Below are positions 28,542-38,520 of a DNA stretch of 64,000 nt, piece after piece (position 1 is the first letter of the stretch; each line of letters begins with the position of its first letter). Position numbers and translations under genes: made by a program. Origin of the DNA: Sedimentisphaerales bacterium (lineage in GTDB: Bacteria; Planctomycetota; Phycisphaerae; Sedimentisphaerales; Anaerobacaceae); the NCBI GenBank assembly GCA_963708075.1, contig OY970194.1, forward strand, positions 1,376,001 to 1,440,000, read 5' to 3'. Below the pieces are notes generated by a model. That model was not told the origin of the DNA, ran no database searches, and worked only from the letters and a program-made list of their open reading frames with translations.

Positions 28542-31250
28542 ATGAGGCAACAAAGAGGGTTTCGGGCTCCAAAAGCATCTGTGAGCTATCAAGTCAAAGT
28601 CGCGGCGGGTTTCTGTTTCGTTCTCATCGGCATAGCGCGGGCGGCTACGTTCACAGTGGGCTTTGGTGCCGGATACGACTATCCCACGATCCAACGTGCG
28701 ATTGATGCCGCCCATGAAGGCGACACCATCGTCGCGGCCCAAGGGATCTACGTGGAGACCATCAATTTTCAAGGCAAGAACGTTGTCCTGACGTCGGTGG
28801 ACCCGAACAGCGATACCAAGCCGTTATTGCAGCCGCCACAGCGCCAGAGCCCTGTCGTGACCTTCTCGGGCCGCGAAGGGCCACAATGCGTTCTCCGGGG
28901 TCTGCTGATCTACAGCGGGTGGCAGGCAAACGGGATCAAAGGCAACGGCACGAAGGCCACTATCAGCGACTGTTTCATCGATACGAACGCAGGGGGTATC
29001 TCTGATTGTGACGGCCTGATCCAACGCTGTCGAATCACTGGCAATGGCGCGCTGCAGGGCGGCGGGCTGTACGACTGCGATGGCCACATTCTCAATTGCA
29101 CAATCTTCGCCAACTACGCCGGCAGTTTCGGAGAGAAGAGCGGTTGGGGAGGCGGCCTGCACAGTTGCGACGGCATTATCGAGAAATGTACGATCAGCGG
29201 CAACCACGCCGCGGGTGACGGCGGCGGGCTGTGCAACTGCAACGGCACCATCATCGACTGCGATATCAGCAATAATGTCGCGGGCAACGAGATTCTCCCT
29301 GGCGATGGTGGCGGACTGTCCCACTGTAACGGCAAGGTATCGGATTGCAGGATCATTGGCAATACGGCAGCGGGCTATGGCGGCGGACTGTCCGACTGCA
29401 GTGGCCCTATCACCGGCTGCACGATCTCGGATAACGAGGCCACCGGCTGGCATGGGGGGGCGGCGGCCCGCTGTGGCCCAATCACCAAGTGCACGATCAG
29501 CGCGAATCGGGCCCGTGGTTATGGGGGCGGCTTGTTCACCTGCACGCCCGTCCGCGATTGTACGATCCGCGCCAATAGGACGGAGGTTTATCCCGGCGGA
29601 GGCTTGTCTCAGTGCGACTCGGTGGCCAACTGCGTGGTTACAGGCAACGTGTCAGGCGCGGGCGGGGGCGGCCTCGATCAATGCAAACAAGTTACCAACT
29701 GCATGATCACCGGCAACAGGGCAGGCGAGAATGGCGGAGGATTGAGCGAGTGCCGCGAGGTGTACAATTGCACGCTCGTCGGCAACTTTGCCGCTGGCAA
29801 GGGCGGCGCCGTCTATTGCAGAAGCTACTTCAACAGGATAATCAACTGCATTATCTGGGACAATTCCTCCGTCGGCGGGCGGATATACGCGGCTTATTCC
29901 TACCAGGGGCCGTCACAGACGCCGTATTGGTCATTCTTCATGGCCTACAACGATATCCAGGGTGGTCGTGACGCGGTCGTGACAGAGCCCGCCTGCCAGG
30001 TCCTGTGGGACTTGGGCAATCTGGACGAGGTCCCGCGTTTCATCAAATCAGGAGGCTGGTCGAGCCAGATGACCTGGGTCCCCGGCGAATACTACCTGTT
30101 GCCGAACTCGCCGTGTATCGATGTCGGCGATCCGAACCGGGACTATGGCGGTCAGACGGACATCGATGGCGAGCCGCGCGTGTCTGGGGATCAGGTGGAT
30201 ATCGGGGCCGACGAGTCCATGACCGGGCGGGCGCTCTTGGCGGACCTCATCATTTCCGGTCCCAATGACGTGGCTGCACGCTCTTCCGCGCAATTCCACG
30301 CCGCGGCCCACTACACGAATGAATTCACTCTCGACGTGACGCAGTCCGCCATCTGGTCCGTCGAGCCCAATGATCTGGCGGTCATCGATGAATTCGGCGT
30401 GCTGACCCTCCAGGCTTCCTACAAGCCGGCGGAAATCGTCGTACGCGCGCAATACACCGACGGCGCCATCACGGTCGAGGCAAAGAAGATCGTGAAGCGT
30501 TTGCCGCTGCCTCCGCCGGTTGTCTACTATGTGGACGGCACCAATGGGAAGGACGACAACGACGGCCAGGCGCGCACGTCGGCATTTGCCACGATTCGCA
30601 GGGGCATTGATGCGGCGGTGGATGGTGACACGATTCTCGTCTGTCCGGGTGTCTACACTGAGGAAGTGCGCTTCAAAGGCAAGGCCATCACGCTGGCCAG
30701 CGCAGGTGACGCGCCCATCCTGGAAAACCCGGGCGATTTCGCGGTCTCTTTCTACTATGGCGAGGGGGCCGACAGCGTCCTGAAGAACTTCGTGATCAGG
30801 AACAGTCTTACGGGGATCTTCCTTGCAGGCAGTTCGCCGACAATCAGCAACGTCACGGTGGTAGGTAATGAATTCGGGATTGAGGCGTATATCGGTGCCG
30901 CTCCTGACATTCGCAATTGTATCTTCTGGAATAATGAGACAGCCAATCTGGTTGGATGTGAGGCCTACTACAGTTGCCTGCAACAGAAGGACCCTGGGGC
31001 GACGAATATTAGCCGTGACCCGTTGTTCGCGGACCCCGATCATGGTGACTACCATTTGCGAAGCACCCGGGGCCGGTACTGGCCGGAATTGGGTCTATGG
31101 ATGCTCGATGATGTGACCAGCTCGTGCATTGATGCGGGCGACCCGAGCAGCCCTGTTGGCGAGGAACCGTATCCTAATGGGGGCCGGATCGATATGGGCG
31201 CTCACGGTGGCACAAGCAAGGCAAGCTTGTCGCCCTCCGCGCGGAGGTGA
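28542..31250 (+). CDS. Secreted right-handed parallel beta-helix repeat protein
   Basis: TIQRAIDAA; many GGGLxxCxGxIxxCTIxxN repeats; SPCIDVGDP and IDMGAHGG modules; two beta-helix units separated by an Ig-like segment. Confidence 0.85.
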   Translation: MRQQRGFRAPKASVSYQVKVAAGFCFVLIGIARAATFTVGFGAGYDYPTIQRAIDAAHEGDTIVAAQGIYVETINFQGKNVVLTSVDPNSDTKPLLQPPQRQSPVVTFSGREGPQCVLRGLLIYSGWQANGIKGNGTKATISDCFIDTNAGGISDCDGLIQRCRITGNGALQGGGLYDCDGHILNCTIFANYAGSFGEKSGWGGGLHSCDGIIEKCTISGNHAAGDGGGLCNCNGTIIDCDISNNVAGNEILPGDGGGLSHCNGKVSDCRIIGNTAAGYGGGLSDCSGPITGCTISDNEATGWHGGAAARCGPITKCTISANRARGYGGGLFTCTPVRDCTIRANRTEVYPGGGLSQCDSVANCVVTGNVSGAGGGGLDQCKQVTNCMITGNRAGENGGGLSECREVYNCTLVGNFAAGKGGAVYCRSYFNRIINCIIWDNSSVGGRIYAAYSYQGPSQTPYWSFFMAYNDIQGGRDAVVTEPACQVLWDLGNLDEVPRFIKSGGWSSQMTWVPGEYYLLPNSPCIDVGDPNRDYGGQTDIDGEPRVSGDQVDIGADESMTGRALLADLIISGPNDVAARSSAQFHAAAHYTNEFTLDVTQSAIWSVEPNDLAVIDEFGVLTLQASYKPAEIVVRAQYTDGAITVEAKKIVKRLPLPPPVVYYVDGTNGKDDNDGQARTSAFATIRRGIDAAVDGDTILVCPGVYTEEVRFKGKAITLASAGDAPILENPGDFAVSFYYGEGADSVLKNFVIRNSLTGIFLAGSSPTISNVTVVGNEFGIEAYIGAAPDIRNCIFWNNETANLVGCEAYYSCLQQKDPGATNISRDPLFADPDHGDYHLRSTRGRYWPELGLWMLDDVTSSCIDAGDPSSPVGEEPYPNGGRIDMGAHGGTSKASLSPSARR

Positions 31251-31302
31251 CCACATGTGCCTTTGAGGAAGGTACGTCTCTGCATTTGCGATACTCTCCC
31301 GG

Positions 31303-32250
31303 TCAGTAGTCCTTGAAGGCTTGCATCCATTCGGGCCAGTCGGTGGGTTTGACGCCGCCATTGCGGGTCCAGTGATTGATCGTCCTGTAGTTGCGGTGCC
31401 ATTTGAGGGTCCAGAGTTCCTTGAGGCCGATGCGGCGGACCGAGCCGTCGAGGAAGGCGATGTTCACGTAACCATCGTGACGATTGACGCAGAAGCGGCG
31501 CATAGAGTCCCGGCAGCCGCAAGGGAAGGGATCGATCTGGCCCTCCTGGTCCGGCGGCCTGTCATCGTCCTTGGGCCAGGAACACCACCACAGGGCATCG
31601 CCAAAGGCCGGGATGTCGCCGGCTCCCTGGACGTTCTCGCTACCCCAGAAGCTGTCCTTGGCGTTGCGCAAGGAAGAGGCGGCGATCCCAATGACCCACG
31701 ATCCGGCATTGTCACACACGGACAGCCAGTTGTTGATGCTGTAGCTGCCGTGATAGATGCGGTCGGCCCGCACGTTCTGCGAGGCGTACGGCCGGAAATT
31801 GCCCCAGGCCTTGAATGCCCCGCCGACGGTAGCCCTGTCTGCCTGGAACGTGCCCGCCGGATTCGCGGGTTTGGTTGCCATCGGGCAGCAGCGGATCTTT
31901 TCCGTGCCGGGGGCGTTGCGGCTGAACCAGTGCATCCAGAACTCCGGGGCGGCGATCTCGCAGAAGCCCTGGTTGTGCAGAGCCCCTTCGCTGCTGCCGG
32001 TGTATGCCTTGAAGATGATCGACCACTGCCGCAGATTCGCCCGGCAGGCCACCGCCCGGGCCTGCTTGCGCACCCGGTGCAGCGTCGGCAGCAGGATGCC
32101 CATCAACAGGGCGATAATGGCGATCACGACCAGCAGTTCAATGAGCGTGAAGGCCTGGCGATTGATGATTGTTGTCCGGGGACAGTGGCAGGTCGCAGAA
32201 CAAACCGACTGCCTGCCTGAGAGACGTCGCGTTCGCGGTCCCGGAGCCAT
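31303..32250 (-). CDS. Prepilin-type N-terminal cleavage/methylation protein with H-X9-DG motif (DUF1559-like)
   Basis: AFTLIELLVVIAIIALLMGILLP; SYSIN; RHDGYVNIAFLDGS; GAGGAG RBS. Confidence 0.92.
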   Translation of the reverse strand: MAPGPRTRRLSGRQSVCSATCHCPRTTIINRQAFTLIELLVVIAIIALLMGILLPTLHRVRKQARAVACRANLRQWSIIFKAYTGSSEGALHNQGFCEIAAPEFWMHWFSRNAPGTEKIRCCPMATKPANPAGTFQADRATVGGAFKAWGNFRPYASQNVRADRIYHGSYSINNWLSVCDNAGSWVIGIAASSLRNAKDSFWGSENVQGAGDIPAFGDALWWCSWPKDDDRPPDQEGQIDPFPCGCRDSMRRFCVNRHDGYVNIAFLDGSVRRIGLKELWTLKWHRNYRTINHWTRNGGVKPTDWPEWMQAFKDY

Positions 32251-32437
32251 ATCTTTCTCCTCGATACGAGTATCCTACCGGCGCGGTGGGATCAGAGCCA
32301 GTGAAAACCCGTGCAACACGGATTTTGTCCCTGGTTCACGAACGCCCCAGAACAGGGCGACACACGTCCCACAAGGCAGCTATGAACATGGAAGGTACGA
32401 GCGATAAAATGGGGGTCTTGGGTAAGGGGGTTTTTTG

Positions 32438-32466
32438 TTGACAGGAGGGCCGTTTAACTTTAGTAT
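32438..32466 (+). promoter_or_regulatory. Sigma70-like promoter
   Basis: TTGACA-17 nt-TAGTAT. Confidence 0.55.
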
Positions 32467-32639
32467 AGCTGTGTTGGAGCCGACTAGTTACACCGGCTTG
32501 TAGTTTGTAACCGCCCTGAAAGGGATGGACCGCTCGACTGCAGAATGCCGCGAGGTAAGGGTTCTTCTGAGCCGTTTCTGCTGCTTCCTGCAGCCGGGCT
32601 GGTCCCATAACCGGACGAGGGACATTTGGAGACCTGTCG

Positions 32640-34577
32640 ATGCTGAACGGACGAACCGTCGCGGCGATTCTGGTTATCGGAACTTGCCTGGTTGGAGCTA
32701 CTTGTGCACTAGGCCAGGCTCCCGGCAATGCGGCTGCACCGCAAGAGCCGAACGCGGCCGCGCCGCAACAGGTAACCCCGGCCGTGCCACCGCAAGCCAG
32801 TGTGCCTGCTCCACAACAGGCAAACGGCGCTGCGCTGCAAAGCCTGGAGGAAGACTGGAACGATTTTCTCCACTACACCATGATCGGCCGGCTTGACCTT
32901 GCCAAAGGTTATGCACAAGCCATCCTGCAAGGCAATCCCGACCCGGTGGCGTTGTTTGAGCGAGTGCAGCAGAATCCGCAAGGCTACGATTTCGCGATGA
33001 AAGTCGCCGAGACCTCCCGGGACGAGGAACTGGCCAAGGTGACGCAGCAACTCCTGGGCGTGATCGATCAGGGCCGGTTTGCCCGGCGGACGGATCCGAA
33101 GATCATGGTTGAGGAGGTCCGACGGCTTGGCAGCACGCCGCGAGGGAAGCTCATTGCCATTCAACGGCTGCGAGATGCCGGCGAGTACTGTGTGCCGTTT
33201 CTGCTGGATGCCATGGCCGAGACCATGCGGGACCCGGCCGCCAAGAACGAGCTGGCTGCAATGATCGAGGCGCTGCCCCAGATCGGCCAGCCTGCGATCC
33301 GGCCTCTGGCCGCCGCACTGCAGACGAACAACGAGCAACTGAATGCCGAGATCATTCGAGCCCTGGGCCAGATCGGCTATCCGCAGGCGCTGCCGTACCT
33401 GAAGTACGTGGCGGAGAATTCTCAGTCGGCTGAGTTGCGTGCTCTGGCCTCCGAGAGTCTCCGCAAGATCGATCCGCGGGCGATCAATACACCCGCGGCG
33501 GCCCTGTTCTTCCAACTGGCCGAGAAACACTACTACCACAATGAGTCGCTCAATCCGCCAGCGGATGTCCCTATCGCGAATATCTGGTTCTGGGACGTCA
33601 ACGCGAACCGGCTGGCCCGGATCGAGGTGGCCCGCGAGTACTTCCACGAGCTGATGTGCATGCGTTGCTGCGAGTGGTCGCTCAAGGCCCAGGAACAGTT
33701 CGGCGTGGCCATCGGGCTATGGCTGGCGGCGTTCTTCAAGGCAGAATCGGCCGGTGTCCCGATGCCGGAGTACTTCGGCCAGGCGCACGCGAACGCCCTG
33801 GTGTATGCGACGACGGCGGGCCCGGAGTACCTGCACCAGGCTCTGGCCCGTGCGGTCAATGACAGGAATCCGGCCGTGGCGCTGGGCGCCGTCGAGGCTC
33901 TGGCGACCACCGCCGGCGAGAGATCGCTGATGTACACGCTTGGACCGTCACAGCCATTGCTGCAGGCGCTGGCATTTCCGGACAGGGCCGTGCGGTACAG
34001 TGCCGCGATTGCCATTGCGAACGCCGGCCCGCGACAGCCGTTCCCGGAGAGCGGCGTGGCGGTGCAGAACCTGGCTGAGGCGTTGACGCCGCGAGCCCAG
34101 GAGGTGGCGGGTTCGACTACAGAGCAGTGGACGGCGGAGATGGCGGACAGCTACGCCCTTCGGGCCGCCCAGGCGATGCTGAAGCTGGCGATCGGCCGCA
34201 ATCCGGTGATCGATCTGTCCCTGGCACAGCCCGCGCTCGTTGGTGCTACGAAGGCGACGCGGCAGGAGATTCAGACCTTGGCCGGACAGGTCCTGGCCTA
34301 CATCAACAACGCCAACGCTCAGCGGGCTATCGCGGAGATGGCGATGAATGCGGCCAATGACGTGAACGTGCGCGTCGCGGCGTTTGAATCGCTTGTCTGT
34401 TCCGCCAAGCTGAGCGGCAACCTGCTGGCCGATGCGACCGTCAACGGGATCTACGAGCTGATCAGCAAACCCGACACGGACCCGGCCCTTCGCGCCGCGG
34501 CGGCCGCCGCCTACGGTGCCTTGAATCTGCCCAGCCAGAAGGTCAAGAGCCTCATCCTCGACCAGTCCAAGAGCTGA
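32640..34577 (+). CDS. Secreted HEAT-repeat protein
   Basis: Signal peptide; IIRALGQIGYPQALPYL, VRYSAAIAIA, LRAAAAAAYGAL. Confidence 0.8.
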   Translation: MLNGRTVAAILVIGTCLVGATCALGQAPGNAAAPQEPNAAAPQQVTPAVPPQASVPAPQQANGAALQSLEEDWNDFLHYTMIGRLDLAKGYAQAILQGNPDPVALFERVQQNPQGYDFAMKVAETSRDEELAKVTQQLLGVIDQGRFARRTDPKIMVEEVRRLGSTPRGKLIAIQRLRDAGEYCVPFLLDAMAETMRDPAAKNELAAMIEALPQIGQPAIRPLAAALQTNNEQLNAEIIRALGQIGYPQALPYLKYVAENSQSAELRALASESLRKIDPRAINTPAAALFFQLAEKHYYHNESLNPPADVPIANIWFWDVNANRLARIEVAREYFHELMCMRCCEWSLKAQEQFGVAIGLWLAAFFKAESAGVPMPEYFGQAHANALVYATTAGPEYLHQALARAVNDRNPAVALGAVEALATTAGERSLMYTLGPSQPLLQALAFPDRAVRYSAAIAIANAGPRQPFPESGVAVQNLAEALTPRAQEVAGSTTEQWTAEMADSYALRAAQAMLKLAIGRNPVIDLSLAQPALVGATKATRQEIQTLAGQVLAYINNANAQRAIAEMAMNAANDVNVRVAAFESLVCSAKLSGNLLADATVNGIYELISKPDTDPALRAAAAAAYGALNLPSQKVKSLILDQSKS

Positions 34578-34645
34578 GATCGAGGTCCGGCGAACCGGTT
34601 GGAGAAATGCCCTGCATGGGTCTGCGCAGAGCGTCCTGTCAGCCG

Positions 34646-35002
34646 CTACGGCTCGTCAAGGGCCCGGATTTCACCCACGTACTGAACGGCGACCGGATAA
34701 CCCTCGACGGTGGCAGGGATCTGCTTTCTTATCCGCTCCGTGTTCGAGGCCGTAAGAATCAGGATGCAGGGCTTGTCCTTGCACTGCCCGATGCCCGTAC
34801 CAACGACGCCGGGAATGGCCATCCACGCATCCATATGCTCTTGCTTGACCTGTTCAATCGTCTTGGGGTGCATCTGTCGGGCGTCCTCCCGCTCGGCGTT
34901 GCTTCCTGTGCAACCTCCCGCAGCCATTGCCGCCATCAGGACACCGACTACAAAGAAATGGACCCTGACGAGTCTGCGCTTGCATAAGGACGCCATTCCC
35001 AT
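34646..35002 (-). CDS. Small lipoprotein homologous to the adjacent protease pro-domain
   Basis: Hydrophobic leader ending AGGC; IPGVVGTGIG...IPATVEGYPV. Confidence 0.75.
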   Translation of the reverse strand: MGMASLCKRRLVRVHFFVVGVLMAAMAAGGCTGSNAEREDARQMHPKTIEQVKQEHMDAWMAIPGVVGTGIGQCKDKPCILILTASNTERIRKQIPATVEGYPVAVQYVGEIRALDEP

Positions 35003-35068
35003 GGTCTTACCCTATTGGGCACGTCCAGCGGACCCATTCTGATGACTGGTCTTTGTGCATGTTGACCT

Positions 35069-36091
35069 TTACTCACCATCTATGGACATGCCGGGGAACG
35101 CGGCGAGCACATCATCGATGTCGTTTGCCCACGCGTACTTGCCGCTCGTGTTGCCCGCAAACAGCAGGCCGACCGGTTCTCTGTCAGCGGTCACGAGTAG
35201 TGAGCCTGAGTCCCCGGCCTTGATGAAAGCTCCTCGCGGAGAAGCCACCATGATCTGGCCCGTGAACGTTGCCACGCCTCCGGTATAACCCACCTTGACC
35301 TCCATTTCGACGCCGACGATCTGGCCTTTCGTCAGACCGCTTGTCCGGCCGTACTTCTGTACCGCTGCGCCAAGGACAGGATCCGTCGTTGTCGATCTTG
35401 GTGTTCCGTAGCCAGCACCGTCCGGTGTCGAATTGAGCAAGAGGTCGTCATCGCAGACGGCCACCGCTGCATCCACTGTGTTTGTGGCCGTGAAACTGAT
35501 CGGAACATAGTCGTGGAGCGTTCCAATCACATCTGAAGGGTTGATCGCACAACCGACGTCATATCGGCCGGGCTGAACAATTTCGCTTCCGATGTCGGCT
35601 TCATTCTCCAACGCATAGACGTGGTTGTTGCTCAAGGCATAACCGCCCACGAGCTTGCAGCCGATCGTGCCCGCTGAGCACTCGCCAATGTTGCCGGTCG
35701 AGACACCGATGGGGATCGGGCGGAATTTGCCCGTCGGATCGACGCTCGGGGGGCTCGGGGGGCTCGGGGGTTTATTGGGGCCTTTCAGTGCCTGGATCTT
35801 GCCGGTGACAATCGGATGGACCGGGACGCCCTCAAGCTGCTCCGGCATGCGACCGACGCCGGTTTCCAGCAGGACAACCACCGCATGGTGTCCCTGGTCA
35901 TTGAGCCCAACGCCGATGCCGACGACGTCCTCGTCGGCCATGAGTTTCTCGGCATGGCGGGCCTTGACCTCCTTGACTCGCTCGAAGGCGTTGTCGCTGT
36001 TGCCTTGGGCTGTGAGTACCCCCGATAACGCCAAAAGGCAGACTGCAATCATCACTGCTGCAAACGCTTGGAAGAATCGTCGCCGTGTCAT
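35069..36091 (-). CDS. Secreted trypsin-like (clan PA) serine protease
   Basis: TRRRFF leader; triad SNNHV, VDAAVA, GDSGS; AGAGGT RBS. Confidence 0.88.
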   Translation of the reverse strand: MTRRRFFQAFAAVMIAVCLLALSGVLTAQGNSDNAFERVKEVKARHAEKLMADEDVVGIGVGLNDQGHHAVVVLLETGVGRMPEQLEGVPVHPIVTGKIQALKGPNKPPSPPSPPSVDPTGKFRPIPIGVSTGNIGECSAGTIGCKLVGGYALSNNHVYALENEADIGSEIVQPGRYDVGCAINPSDVIGTLHDYVPISFTATNTVDAAVAVCDDDLLLNSTPDGAGYGTPRSTTTDPVLGAAVQKYGRTSGLTKGQIVGVEMEVKVGYTGGVATFTGQIMVASPRGAFIKAGDSGSLLVTADREPVGLLFAGNTSGKYAWANDIDDVLAAFPGMSIDGE

Positions 36092-36553
36092 ATTCCACCT
36101 CTTTCTGTGACCTATGTTGTTACGGCCTGCGAATGACTGTGTGCAAGAAATCCGGCCGACGTGTGTCTTATCGGCACGGCTGCTTTGAAGGTAACAGTAT
36201 ACGTCATGCCGAGACTGTGCCCAGGCACGGCGCAGCACGCCATCAGCGTAAAAATATACCATACCTGTCGCTTTGATGCAAGAAGCTTCCCTATAAAATC
36301 TATCTTGTCTAATTCCTCATGCGCCATGGGGGAATGGGTAGTGCACTACACCTGACCATGCGGAATTCTCGCCGGAACGGGGGACAGATTCCTGATTTTG
36401 CTGTTGACCGCCTGATGATGCCCAATAGAATCGTCCCATAACGTATTGCCTTTCGCCGCCCGGCACTACCGGGACGGGCGCAAGACTCTTGGGGGCCTTT
36501 GTTACATCAAGGCAAGTCAAGGTAAGTGTTGTTCTTAATTGGGGGGTCCACGC

Positions 36554-38331
36554 ATGGGACCAAAGCGCAGAAACTGTTTCCTATTGGCAGCGATACTCCT
36601 GGCCCTGGTGCAAGGGGCGACAGCCCTTGCTGCGTCGGAGTCGCCCGGCCGCAGAATGCTCGTAGGATTCCGGCCGGACAAGGGGCCCCAGACGCCTCAG
36701 TCACGGGCCGAGGCGGTCCGAGGGGTGGGGGGGACCGTCCATCGTAGCTTCGACCTCGTGCCCGCGGTCGCCGCGAGACTGTCGGAACGGGCCATCGAGC
36801 GACTTAAGGTGCGACAGGACGTCGAGTACGTCGAGGAGGATGTGGTTCTGTATGCGATCGGGCAGGTCACGCCGTGGGGCGTGAATCGCATCGATGCCGA
36901 TCTTGCATGGCCTACCGGCAACACGGGCAGGGGGGTGAAGGTGGCGGTCCTGGACACGGGCATCAATTACGATCATCCGGACCTGCGGATGGCCGGCGGG
37001 GTCAACTACGCCGGTACAGCGAAGGACGGCAGTACGAGCCCGGCAGACTGGAATGACAACCACGGGCATGGCACGCACGTCGCGGGGATTATCGCCGCAC
37101 GCAATAATACCGTCGGAGTCATCGGCGTTGCACCCGACGTAAGCCTGTGGGCGGTCAAAGTGCTCAGCGACACCGGCAGCGGCTACACCAGCGACATCAT
37201 ACAGGGGCTCAACTGGTGTACATCCCACGGCATACGCGTGGCGTCCATGAGCCTGGGCGGAAGCAGCACCACGAGTCTCAAGTACGCATGCGATCGTGCG
37301 TATGCCTTGGGTGTGCTGCTCGTTGCCGCCGCCGGCAACAATGGCGGAGCGGTGAGCTATCCTGCCGCATACTCGTCGGTGATCGCGGTTGCGGCGACGG
37401 ACTCCTATAACAGGCGAGCGTCGTTCTCCAGTTACGGGTCTCAAGTCGAACTGGCGGCGCCGGGCGTGAGCGTATACTCAACCTATAAGAACGGGTGGTA
37501 CGCGACCATGAGCGGCACTTCGATGGCCTGCCCGCACGTTAGCGGGGCCGCCGCCCTGGCCTGGGCCTCCGGGCTTACGACCAACAGGGCCGTTCGCAGC
37601 AGGCTGGTGACCACAGCCGAGGACCTGGGGACGAAGGGCTTTGATGTCTACTTCGGATACGGCTTGGTCGATGCCCAGCGTGCCGCGGCACGCATTGGGA
37701 CGGCCAGTCTCGCAGTAGCCGACGCGGATAGCGAACCAGGGATCCAGATCACGGCCCCGCAGGATGGGGCCACCGTTTCGGGCACAGCCGAGATCACGGT
37801 CGCGGCAACTGACGAAGCGACAGGCCAAGTGGAGTTCTTCATCGACGGCACGAGCATCGGCATTGATGTGGACGGCAGCGACGGCTGGGCCGCAGCATGG
37901 GATACAAGCTCGTATGCGGACGGCCCCTGTGCGATCACCGCCACAGCGACGGATGCGGCCGGGCAGACGGCAAGCCACTCGGTCACTGTCACCGTGAACA
38001 ACGCGGAAAAGGCGGAGGCTACGGCTGTATCCGTGCAGTCCATCACGTACAGCGCCGAGAGCGGCCCCGGCAATGGCGAGCTCCTGATCTGCGTGCAAGT
38101 CGTGAATAACCTGGAGAATCCTGTTGCGAATGCCTCTGTGCTGGTCGGCGTATTCGTCGATGGTCGGCTACGGTGGACCCTGTCCGGCGCGACGGCGCAG
38201 ACGGGTCCGTCTCGATGAGAATCGCCAAAGCCCGGCCGGGCCTCTATGAAGCGACGGTTGCAGAGGTGACCGCCGAGGGCCTGACCTGGGACGGTGTGAC
38301 CCCGCCGAACGAGTTCTCGAACAGCAGGTGA
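36554..38331 (+). CDS. Secreted subtilisin (S8) with I9 propeptide and Ig-like domains, frameshifted near 38193
   Basis: [30 protein letters not shown]-terminus continues GADGSVSM...[12 protein letters not shown] after adding one G. Confidence 0.9.
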
Positions 38332-38383
38332 TTTGCGAACAGCGCGACCTACGATCAGGTTTCTCGCAGCATAACATGAGCGT

Positions 38384-38472
38384 GGGTGGCAGCGTCAAGC
38401 GCAGCTTGGCGATGGGTGTATGGAACATGAGTAAGACCATCGCCAAGGCCTTCGGCCTTGACGCTGCCACCC
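38384..38472. repeat. REPIN-like GGGTGGCAGC family copy 5, covariant
   Basis: GGGTGGCAGCGTCAAG...CTTGGCGATGG...CCATCGCCAAG...CTTGACGCTGCCACCC. Confidence 0.85.
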
Positions 38473-38520
38473 AGCGATATGCGTTATTGCCGAGAGTTTC
38501 GCGGGTACTCGGTGATGATC

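Noticed and set aside
29040..29860. Diversity-generating or DNA-level tandem repeat in the beta-helix gene
   Set aside because: Repeats are at protein level with diverged codons; no reverse transcriptase or template/variable pair
32467..32639. Riboswitch in the ~170-nt leader of the HEAT gene
   Set aside because: No recognisable aptamer or terminator
35745..35771. 9-nt tandem repeat as a phase-variation tract
   Set aside because: In-frame unit encoding a Pro/Ser linker; copy changes would not switch expression
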